From the NCBI RefSeq assembly GCF_001194135.2, contig NC_069003.1:30944614-31008474 (forward strand): a DNA stretch of 63,861 nt, read 5' to 3'. The position numbers and the translations under genes were made by a program. How positions within the stretch are numbered: position 1 is the first letter of the stretch; the number at the start of each line of letters is the position of its first letter. The notes beneath the pieces were generated by a model. It had not been told where the DNA came from and did not search any database. It saw only the letters and a program-made list of their open reading frames with translations. This DNA comes from Octopus bimaculoides (Eukaryota). Of the stretch, positions 52,637 through 63,861 are shown piece after piece.

Positions 52637-53854
52637 ATATATATAGACATACACATCAATGTGGGCATACACACTCACTCCTGAACTTACATATGTTATA
52701 TCAACAGTTGACTGTCTGCTTTGAGTTTCAGTCTGAGCTAGGCTGTTCACAACTGCATGGTTGATTAGTTGTGTCTCTGTGTGAGTGGGGTGATAAGTGT
52801 CTTTCACTAAAGATGCGAGAATCGTATGAGAAAATTATTGTTAAATTGTGTATAAGTATGAACATCCTATGAACATCCTTGCTCTCTTTTAATGCTGTAC
52901 ATTATCTTGGTAGTTAATTGAAAGTTTTAGAAGTAGGTTAAATTATTGGAAAACTGTCAGTTCCCTTTCAAATGAATACTAAAAACTTTGGCTTCCGAGA
53001 TGAAGCTCTTGACCTTAACACTGCCATACATGATTGATGTCACAAATCTAACAAAAACCTGCATTACTGTCACAAACAATCTAACCATCCTAAATCTATT
53101 ATCTATAACTTAGTCAGAAATATCTCTATTAGAATCTCTCAAGTGTCCATTATTCAACAGTAATGCAGATTGTTTAGAGAAAGCATCAAAGAGGAGTGGC
53201 ATCGATAAGAAATAGTTTATATAAACCGACTGTAAATAGCTAAACCAGACCTTTATGAAAAATATATCGCAGAAACTCGATGATAAGAATACCATATTCT
53301 CAAGTAATCAATATTTACAAGTAGTAAATGATACAGAAAGTTCAAACGACTGTAGAATTATCAATATCATCATTATCATCATCAACATCATTTTCATTGC
53401 CGTCGTCATCATCAGCATCATCATTTTTATCATCAGCATCATCATCGCCATTGTCATCATCATCATCATCGTCATCATTAACCATCATCATCATTGTCAA
53501 ATTCATCATTCACCACCACCACCACCACCACCAACATCATCATCATTATTCACCACCACCACCATCATCATTTAATGTCTGTTTTCCATACTAGTATGGG
53601 TTGGATGCTTTGAACAGGAGCTGGCAAACCAGAGGACTGCACCAAGTTCTACTTTCTGCTTAAACATGGTTTCTACTGTTGGACATTCTTCCTAATGCCA
53701 ACCATTTTACAGAGTGTACTAGATCCTTTTTTCTACATGGCACCAGCAGCAGAGAGGTCACCAAGTAACTCATGAGACAAAAACCACTGATAATTAGGTC
53801 AGTTGATCATGAGAATCAAATATTGATTGCTTCGCTAAAATCTGCAGGTGGTAT

Positions 53855-54270
53855 GGGTTATTTCCCTTGGGTTGTTAAAATAAAACATTAATAATATATG
53901 GTAGATAGAAGGATCCATTGGAAAGGCCCTATTATCAATTTTTTAAAATAATCTAAGTATGTCACAAGGTTTCCAGACATGAGTTCTACTCATGTGTCAA
54001 ATAAAGTATAAAAGTGATATTGTTTGCAAAAATTAGAAATAAGACACACAAAACAATCAATATTCAAAGTAATTGAAATGAGTTATTTCCTTTGAGTGTT
54101 TAAAAAAATATTGTACAGATGCTATGAGTTATTTCCCTTGGGTGTTTAAAATAAAAGTTATATGAGATAGATATAAAGGTCCCTTCCAGAGGCCGCATTA
54201 TCGATGTTTTTCAACAATCTAAGTATGTCACAAGGTTTCCAGACATGAGTTCTACTCAAGTGTCAAGTTT
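53855..54270 (+). repeat. Diverged direct duplication (about 150-bp units) with an identical 43-bp core
   Basis: aatctaagtatgtcacaaggtttccagacatgagttctactca at 53950 and 54216. Confidence 0.85.
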
Positions 54271-54358
54271 CATCAAAATCAATAAAATGATGTGGGAGGA
54301 GTTAGCTAACAATGCCACAAACAAGCACACACCGATTTTCCACATATGTAGTAGATAT

Positions 54359-54390
<32 letters not shown>

Positions 54391-55570
54391 NNNNNNNNNN
54401 NNNNNNNNNNNNNNNNNNNNNNNNNNNNNNNNNNNNNNNNNNNNNNNNNNNNNNNNNNNNNNNNNNNNNNNNNNNNNNNNNNNNNNNNNNNNNNNNNNNN
54501 NNNNNNNNNNNNNNNNNNNNNNNNNNNNNNNNNNNNNNNNNNNNNNNNNNNNNNNNNNNNNNNNNNNNNNNNNNNNNNNNNNNNNNNNNNNNNNNNNNNN
54601 NNNNNNNNNNNNNNNNNNNNNNNNNNNNNNNNNNNNNNNNNNNNNNNNNNNNNNNNNNNNNNNNNNNNNNNNNNNNNNNNNNNNNNNNNNNNNNNNNNNN
54701 NNNNNNNNNNNNNNNNNNNNNNNNNNNNNNNNNNNNNNNNNNNNNNNNNNNNNNNNNNNNNNNNNNNNNNNNNNNNNNNNNNNNNNNNNNNNNNNNNNNN
54801 NNNNNNNNNNNNNNNNNNNNNNNNNNNNNNNNNNNNNNNNNNNNNNNNNNNNNNNNNNNNNNNNNNNNNNNNNNNNNNNNNNNNNNNNNNNNNNNNNNNN
54901 NNNNNNNNNNNNNNNNNNNNNNNNNNNNNNNNNNNNNNNNNNNNNNNNNNNNNNNNNNNNNNNNNNNNNNNNNNNNNNNNNNNNNNNNNNNNNNNNNNNN
55001 NNNNNNNNNNNNNNNNNNNNNNNNNNNNNNNNNNNNNNNNNNNNNNNNNNNNNNNNNNNNNNNNNNNNNNNNNNNNNNNNNNNNNNNNNNNNNNNNNNNN
55101 NNNNNNNNNNNNNNNNNNNNNNNNNNNNNNNNNNNNNNNNNNNNNNNNNNNNNNNNTATATATATATATATATATATATATATGTAATACACGCACACAC
55201 ATACACATATAGTTGTGTGCATCTCTATGTTAGTTGGGTGATTTGTTTATTTAATACTATCAGATGTTTTTGTTCCGACCAAGTTACCACTTCCACAACA
55301 TAATATTATAGTCATATTATACGACGTTTTACACCAGCTACACAGAGATGCCTCTCTCTGATCTATGTTTCATCAATAGACACGCAAACACTGGGTGACA
55401 CAGCTTCAGAGACAAACAGGTCTGCATCGCATGTGAACTTCCATTAATCACTACACACTTTGCCTAAACTTTACATCTGTGTATAAACAAGCTATATGTT
55501 ACAGCTTGAATGCACTGCTTAGACGAAATGATTTTGAAGTTATATATGTGTTTATATACACATACATATA

Positions 55571-55619
<49 letters not shown>

Positions 55620-56318
55620 NNNNNNNNNNNNNNNNNNNNNNNNNNNNNNNNNNNNNNNNNNNNNNNNNNNNNNNNNNNNNNNNNNNNNNNNNNNNNNNNN
55701 NNNNNNNNNNNNNNNNNNNNNNNNNNNNNNNNNNNNNNNNNNNNNNNNNNNNNNNNNNNNNNNNNNNNNNNNNNNNNNNNNNNNNNNNNNNNNNNNNNNN
55801 NNNNNNNNNNNNNNNNNNNNNNNNNNNNNNNNNNNNNNNNNNNNNNNNNNNNNNNNNNNNNNNNNNNNNNNNNNNNNNNNNNNNNNNNNNNNNNNNNNNN
55901 NNNNNNNNNNNNNNNNNNNNNNNNNNNNNNNNNNNNNNNNNNNNNNNNNNNNNNNNNNNNNNNNNNNNNNNNNNNNNNNNNNNNNNNNNNNNNNNNNNNN
56001 NNNNNNNNNNNNNNNNNNNNNNNNNNNNNNNNNNNNNNNNNNNNNNNNNNNNNNNNNNNNNNNNNNNNNNNNNNNNNNNNNNNNNNNNNNNNNNNNNNNN
56101 NNNNNNNNNNNNNNNNNNNNNNNNNNNNNNNNNNNNNNNNNNNNNNNNNNNNNNNNNNNNNNNNNNNNNNNNNNNNNNNNNNNNNNNNNNNNNNNNNNNN
56201 NNNNNNNNNNNNNNNNNNNNNNNNNNNNNNNNNNNNNNNNNNNNNNNNNNNNNNNNNNNNNNNATATATATATATATATATATATATAATGTATGTACGT
56301 CTGTATGTATACACACAT

Positions 56319-56363
<45 letters not shown>

Positions 56364-56586
56364 CATGTATGTAATAGTTTTCTATTAACTCAATTGAAAC
56401 AACTATCTCTAGAGGTTGACAAATAGCTTATATACTGTTTTGAGAAACTATTGAGTATATAAACTTTATTAGCCAACATCTGATCTTACATCTACACATG
56501 TATGCATCTGCCCAAATATCATTGCACAACATTACTTATTGTCAAATGCATATGCACTTATGTGCATGTGTGTGCACATGTACATA

Positions 56587-56620
<34 letters not shown>

Positions 56621-57639
56621 TCCCCCACCACCATCGCTTGACAACCGATGTTGGGGTATTTATGTCCCCATAACTTAGCAGTTCGACAAAAAATATAACA
56701 GGTGAAGTTGATATAAGCTGGATTTGAACTTAGACTGTAAAGGGCTGGAACCAAATGCCACAAAAGATTTTTGTCTGACGTGTTAATGATTCTGCCAATC
56801 TTTACTGAATGTGTCAGTTTTTAAGAAAATAAAAGTGTAGCTTGAGGAGATTTGGCTGCTATTTTTTAGAAGGTCAAGAAGCCGTTTTGAGTCTTCTTGA
56901 CCTTTTAAAAACTCGGCTTGTAAAAATGGCTCATAAAAATGTCTTTTTTACTAAGAGGATAAGATGATAAATCATCGATTAAGCTAAGGTTATATCTATT
57001 TTTGGTGATAACAGCAAACTAGTTCTGTACAAAGTTATTTTGTCGATAAAACTGTGCCAGGTCATCGAATCAAAGCAATTTTCTTTCTGTATAACATCCT
57101 TCGAAGAGGGACAGTGCCCAAGGCCTTTGTAACCACTCTCAGATTAATGTTCAACTTAGGCAACTCTAAGTCAACATCTGCAGGGAAAAACACAAGAAGA
57201 GAATTTCGCAGAGATGGACTTACTGGGGGGGAAAATGATTGATGCAGTTGTTTATCTTGAAGTCAGTTTTGATCAAATAAATCTATAAACAACTGCATTA
57301 CAGCTGTGACCCTCTCATCTTGTTGCAGGAATTATTTGTTGTGGACACTTCTAGATTTTTGCAGCATATTTATATAGATATTATCTCCTCCTTTCGTAGA
57401 GTTAGGAATGTCTTGTCCATTGCGTCTCTTCTCTACTGTTAAAGAAAGATTGAAACTGATAAAAATAATGAAGTAAGTTAAGTACCGTTTTATGTCCTAG
57501 CGCTCAAAAAGCCAGTTATGTGGTTTCCATGTACTTGTATTTGTGCTGGCATTCACCTGGTGGAGGGTGAGCCAGCTCTGAATGTTCGGAGTTGTAGTGG
57601 TCCTCAGTCACATGTATACAGACTTGGTACAGGTAAAGA

Positions 57640-57755
57640 TAAAGCTACCTTCTCGAGTCATGTCGACTCACAAGGGCCAGCTTCTCAGTTTCCATGGTGT
57701 ATAGATTCCCCACCTGGATGGGACACTAGTTCATCGCAGGATTACTCACATAAAC
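57640..57755 (-). mobile_element. Old 3' fragment of the Meta-like SINE family
   Basis: Reverse complement gagtaatcctgcgatgaactagtgtcccatccagg aligns with 46805-46900. Confidence 0.65.
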
Positions 57756-57879
57756 GCATATGTTTAATGAATATTTATGTCTATATTTTATATAAGTATA
57801 TAGGTGTGTATGATACAAATGCATGTATCCATCCTTCCACCAATCCATCCAGCTTCTCTTCATTTCTCTTCTCACTATT

Positions 57880-58130
57880 CCTGGGAGGGTCATGGCGGGG
57901 TTGAAACCCCTCAGGCACCTCCTCCATAGGGTCCTATCAGAAGCAATTGTCATTAAGCTTTCCAAGTAGATTCCTAAGCTTGACCAACTTTGATTACAGA
58001 TGTCATCCGACCATCTCATTCTTGATCTACCCCTTATGTCTCCCCCTGGTTGACTCAGCTTGAAGAATCCTTCTTGCAATTCTTTTCTGCAACATTCTAA
58101 TTGCATCTCAGTAGAACTGATGCAGTGACC
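57880..58130 (-). mobile_element. RTE-like LINE 3' fragment
   Basis: ORF text RGRSRMRWSDDI...ASDRTLWRR matches the RTE RGRPxxRWxDDI...DRxxWR terminus. Confidence 0.7.
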
Positions 58131-58524
58131 CCCCCACCACCATCAATGCCGAGAAGTAGCAGTTCGTCCTGCAAGAACTCATTATATTCATTGTTCTGCT
58201 TTGGTAGAACTGGATTATTTCCTCATGCCTAAAAAAAATCTTGTGCAAATGGTGTTTCTTTATCGGACTCATTGTCTGAAATAATGAGTGTACATCCGTA
58301 CATCCACCCATCCATCCATCCATCTAGCCAAACATGCACAGACGTGTGCGTGCGTGTGTGTGTGTGTGTGTGTGAGTGTGATTTCCATAAAAACCAATGA
58401 ACATCGACTGAATAAAGGAGACAATACAAGTGTAAAAGAACCAATATATACTTTCATTTTATTGACACTGATTTCCAAGTTTTGGCAAGTGCGCATCTTA
58501 ATTCATATGTAATAATACGCTTTG

Positions 58525-58835
58525 AAGATGATGATGATGGTGATGATGATGACATGCCTTCACACATATGTAAAAATATGCTTTTGAAGATGCTGCTGCT
58601 ACTGCTGCTGCTGCTGCTGCTGCTGCTCATGATGATGGTGATGATTAGGATGAAGATGACTACAATGATAAGGATGATGAAAATGATGATGGCCATGATG
58701 ATGGTGATGGTGATGACAACAACGGCGACGACGGCAACGATAACAACGACAATCATGATGATAATGATGATGATAATAATGGCAATGATGATGATGATGA
58801 TGAAGACGACGATGATGATGATGATGGTGATGACA
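58525..58835. repeat. (GAT)n / (CTG)n degenerate trinucleotide tract
   Basis: Direct reading. Confidence 0.9.
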
Positions 58836-60506
58836 CATGCATTTCACACATATGTAAAGATATTGCTTTGAAGATACCCTTTTTTCCATCCCCACCGTTA
58901 CCACCGGCAAGTCACATGTTCCATGACAACAAAGCCACAAAAGGTATAAGGAAGACATCTAAAAACAATAAACAATAGCTGATTGTCTTTTGATGTCAAA
59001 ATCAATAGGTTAATTCGTTGGAATATATTCTCTCTCTCTTTTTCCATTTTTCCATTGCCCCATGTATGTAAATTCTTTCAGGAGAAAACATAGTAAAAAA
59101 ATATGTAGATATCTTTATATATCTTTATGCATACATACATATATATATAATAATAATAATATTAGGGATTATATATATATTTCAATATACAGTATCTATG
59201 TTCATTGAAATTCTATTCTAATACCTTATGAAGAGAAAATATATCAATAGCCAAGCCTGCCGCTGCCGATATCCTAACTATGACTTTGAGAGAGGTGGAT
59301 GAGGAGAGATGAAGAGAAGAGGGAGAGAGAGATGGAGAGAGAGAGATGGAGAGAGAGATGGAGAGAGAGAGAGGGGAGGAGGAGAGAGAGAGAGAAGCAG
59401 AACAAAAATTAAGCAGTTATTTACACAAGTTTGATACTGCTTAAGCCGAAATGCATGAAGATATATATTTATGTGAGTGTGTGCATATATGTGTGTGTGT
59501 ATATACATATACATACNNNNNNNNNNNNNNNNNNNNNNNNNNNNNNNNNNNNNNNNNNNNNNNNNNNNNNNNNNNNNNNNNNNNNNNNNNNNNNNNNNNN
59601 NNNNNNNNNNNNNNNNNNNNNNNNNNNNNNNNNNNNNNNNNNNNNNNNNNNNNNNNNNNNNNNNNNNNNNNNNNNNNNNNNNNNNNNNNNNNNNNNNNNN
59701 NNNNNNNNNNNNNNNNNNNNNNNNNNNNNNNNNNNNNNNNNNNNNNNNNNNNNNNNNNNNNNNNNNNNNNNNNNNNNNNNNNNNNNNNNNNNNNNNNNNN
59801 NNNNNNNNNNNNNNNNNNNNNNNNNNNNNNNNNNNNNNNNNNNNNNNNNNNNNNNNNNNNNNNNNNNNNNNNNNNNNNNNNNNNNNNNNNNNNNNNNNNN
59901 NNNNNNNNNNNNNNNNNNNNNNNNNNNNNNNNNNNNNNNNNNNNNNNNNNNNNNNNNNNNNNNNNNNNNNNNNNNNNNNNNNNNNNNNNNNNNNNNNNNN
60001 NNNNNNNNNNNNNNNNNNNNNNNNNNNNNNNNNNNNNNNNNNNNNNNNNNNNNNNNNNNNNNNNNNNNNNNNNNNNNNNNNNNNNNNNNNNNNNNNNNNN
60101 NNNNNNNNNNNNNNNNNNNNNNNNNNNNNNNNNNNNNNNNNNNNNNNNNNNNNNNNNNNNNNNNNNNNNNNNNNNNNNNNNNNNNNNNNNNNNNNNNNNN
60201 NNNNNNNNNNNNNNNNNNNNNNNNNNNNNNNNNNNNNNNNNNNNNNNNNNNNNNNNNNNNNNNNNNNNNNNNNNNNNNNNNNNNNNNNNNNNNNNNNNNN
60301 NNNNNNNNNNNNNNNNNNNNNNNNNNNNNNNNNNNNNNNNNNNNNNNNNNNNNNNNNNNNNNNNNNNNNNNNNNNNNNNNNNNNNNNNNNNNNNNNNNNN
60401 NNNNNNNNNNNNNNNNNNNNNNNNNNNNNNNNNNNNNNNNNNNNNNNNNNNNNNNNNNNNNNNNNNNNNNNNNNNNNNNNNNNNNNNNNNNNNNNNNNNN
60501 NNNNNN

Positions 60507-60546
<40 letters not shown>

Positions 60547-60953
60547 CACACACACATACACACACACACACACACGCACACACATATATGTATAAGCACA
60601 TTCACAACATACATGCATATAACGATGACAATGGCAACAGCAGCATCAACTACAACAACTATGCTAATACATCAAATAAATGATTAGCAAACAGAATGAA
60701 TTTGATTTCTGTGTTGGGAATTTATTTTCCTAGATCCCATTAAAAATTGTGTTGTCATTACTGGTTTCCTCTCCTAGATACATATATCCAAATATTATTC
60801 CCATAAAGGAAATGATTTGGTTTAATCACTGAAATATCTACAGTAATACAGAGAAAGATTGTCTGATTATTTGTTCAATTGCGAGACTATGTTCTAAAAC
60901 AATAATCTTAATACAACATGACAATATTCTAAATTTTTAGTCATCATTATTCA

Positions 60954-60990
<37 letters not shown>

Positions 60991-61118
60991 GTTATTACTG
61001 TCATTGTTTCATTTACACATAAATATATTGTTTAGAATTTATGGACGTTTTGGAATGAGTGAGATTTTATAACCAGCATTCAACTGTATATATGTCTCTG
61101 TATGTGTGTGTGTGTATG

Positions 61119-61185
<67 letters not shown>

Positions 61186-61508
61186 GTATGTGTGGGTGTG
61201 TGTGTTTGTATGTATTTATATATATACATTAGTGTTTTTATGTTCAGTTATAATAAAAATATTTTTACATTAATCTGATGGGTTACTCTATACTTTTGTG
61301 GAAAACAAATTTATTATTCGTAAACATGAATATTATTGACTGTGACTTTGAAGTTTTGGCCGGTTAAGCCATATGTATATATGTGTATGCATGTGTGTGT
61401 GTGTGTGTGTGTATTCTTTTGGCTTGGCTTCATGAGTATTTACAGAAGGACATGCTGTAATTCTGACGATTATATTTATACTACTACTACTACTACTACT
61501 ACTACTAT

Positions 61509-61800
61509 TCTTCTACTTGTTTCAGTCATTTGGCTGTGGCCATACTGGAACACCACCTTTAGTCAAACAAATCGACCCCAGGACTTATTCTTTGTAAGCC
61601 TAGTACTTATTCTATCGGTCACATTTTGCAAAACTGCTAAGTTACAGGGACGTAAACACACCAGCATCAGTTGTGAAGCAATGGTGGGAGGGCAAACACA
61701 GACACACACATATCTGGCAGGCTTCTTTCAGTTTTCATCTACCAAATCCACTCACAAGGCTTTGGAGGCTATAGTAGAAGACACTTGCCCAAGGTGCCAT
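61509..61800 (-). mobile_element. SINE family A, internally deleted
   Basis: Tail and head blocks of family A in reverse orientation. Confidence 0.8.
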
Positions 61801-63861
61801 GTAACAAAATTACTCAGGAAACTTTATTACTCACAACTATTGGTGTGAGCAATAAAGCTTTCCAAGTTTTCCATCTCTATCATTTGTTTCATACTCAATG
61901 TACACTGAGGAATTTTTGAGGCAGACCCAGCGACAATTGTGTGTAATTACTGTGGATGACGCCAGGTAGCCATAGGCAATGAATGTGCTTTATTGATGTA
62001 CTACTAGGAACAAATCCAGCACTTAAATATATATATATATGTGTGTTTGTGTGTGAGTTTAGAGGGATATATCATTCAGACAGATGTCATGGTTGAGTTC
62101 CGCTTAATGGTGCTTTGAAGAAATGTCTTTTACTATAGTTCCAGGCTGACCAAAGCCTTGAGAATGGATTTGGTAGATGAAGACTGAAAGAAGCCTATCA
62201 TATATATATATGCTCCTGTTTACGGCTAACTACATCGATCAGTATTTAATGTCTATGACTTCTATTAGTTATTGGTCACTCTGCAAATTCCTCCAATGGC
62301 TAATTCTGAGCTTGCTTCACTGGACTGGCTATTAGTGATAATTATAACAAAATAGAACATGGAGACTTGATCTGTATAAAATTGTAAAATAAGAGCAAAT
62401 AAATTTAGAGGATGAACAAGTCTCCATGTTTTATATCATTTTAATTATTGCTAATCATCATCTTCACATAACATCTACCTTCCAACAAATTTTCTTAAAC
62501 AACGTAAATAACTAAATTTCAGGCCATGTGTTAAACAGCAACAATATTATCAATAAAGTATTGCATACCCTAACCACTAAGCCAGGCTTCTTTTAGTTCC
62601 ATCCACCAAATCCATGCACAAGGCTTTGGTCAGCCTGGTGCTATAGCTGAAGACACTCAATCAAGGTTCCACGCAGAGGGACTGAACCAAGAACCATGTG
62701 GTTGGCAAGCAAACTTCTTACCACAAAGCCATGCCCGCACCTACATACAACAAATTTTCTTAAACAATGTAAATAACTAATTTTAGTCCATGTGTGAAAC
62801 AGTGGCAATATCATCAATAAAATATCACCTAATCATAAATACAAAGAAACTGAGTTAATTTCTCATGAAACTATTTCAGTCCATAGATCTCATCTCTGTC
62901 GGAAACATAGTCATTGTGGCTGTGTTCGTTGAATATAGTTGAATAATGGAACCTTTTAGTCGTATAATGCATTTTGTGTCTATTAATAGTGTTATGTCTC
63001 TTAGAACCATAATGTATCTGTAACTAGTTTAATTGCATCTATTAATCTGCCATTTAGTTAAATGCATCTTTTTGAGTGGCACACATCAGCTATCAATAAT
63101 TTAGTATATTTTATTGACGAGGAAAAACAATCAGCAGTATAATGCATGAGTATAATGCATAAAGAAAAATAACTAAAAGATATAAAAAAAATATCACTCA
63201 GATACTTGGTCTTCTGTAGGATGGGAGAATGTGTGAAATGCATGCTGGGAGGGTGGAGGGAAGCCATGAAAATGAAAGTAAAATAATTAATAAATTAACA
63301 ATTACAGGGAGTTCATGCTAATGTGATTTTTTAATTTTTTTTATGTCTCCTTTTTTTCGGGAACAGACTGATGTATTGTTGAACAGTCAATGGTGTTGGA
63401 GAGCATAAAGGTTAAAATTATAGTTAAAAACATATTTAGCTGACATGGAGAACTGGAAACTATCTGAGTATTGGAAAAGGGTTACATAGGACAACAGGTC
63501 TTGAGGTCTGAAGATATGCCATAAAGTTAAACCTTTTATGGACAGGAAACCCAGGGTAACCCCCAAAAACTGGCCTTCACCAGGAATATATATATAGTTG
63601 AAATTTACAAAAAACAAAACAAAAGAAGAAGACAGGTGCGTAAACAACAAACAGATGTATTAGTTTAACACTCAGGAAGTGAGAAAGTCTTTAATGTTTC
63701 AAGCCTATGCTCTTCAACAGAAAGGAACACAGAAATAAACAGGGAGAAAAAATAAAACCGGTTTAGTGGCTAGCATCTGTATGTCTGTATATATATATAT
63801 ATATATACAGACATACATATATGCATGTATATATATATATACAGACATACATATATGTATG

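Noticed and set aside
57137-57450. Two strong minus-strand acceptors (57178 and about 57447) followed by short open frames
   Set aside because: No convincing donor before a stop and no ferlin similarity, so they cannot be supported as exons without transcripts.
58880-58950. DLPVVTVGMEKRVSSK, faintly like otoferlin DPVVCVEVGDDKKYTSMK
   Set aside because: Upstream residues lack the IEARQL motif, and splice sites and phases do not fit.

Overview
AT-rich, microsatellite-dense eukaryotic genomic DNA from a gapped short-read assembly (more than a dozen N-gaps). The repeat families look like those of octopus (recognised by eye, not by database search). The only protein-coding gene I can support is a minus-strand otoferlin-like type II ferlin. 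Fourteen GT-AG exons between 44390 and 3998 splice into one uninterrupted 2313-nt (771-codon) frame: end of C2B, FerI, C2C, FerA, FerB, C2D. Both ends of the gene lie outside the window or in gaps. The introns hold at least four tRNA-derived or RTE-tailed SINE families, RTE LINE 3' fragments, mariner remnants, clustered piggyBac-type (TTAA) MITEs and Penelope-like remnants. The most interesting unexplained signals are: (1) a complete minimal hammerhead ribozyme fold with a compensatory U3:A8 core pair on the gene's sense strand, about 170 nt upstream of the C2D exon acceptor; (2) a 186-bp tandem repeat carrying decayed hammerhead cores; (3) a 122-bp gap-free inverted repeat; (4) a young SINE inserted with a 13-bp TSD into the A-box region of an older SINE; (5) candidate cassette exons of 69 and 52 nt. 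Almost all long ORFs in the supplied track are artefacts of microsatellites or N-runs. I found no convincing wholly new multi-gene system.
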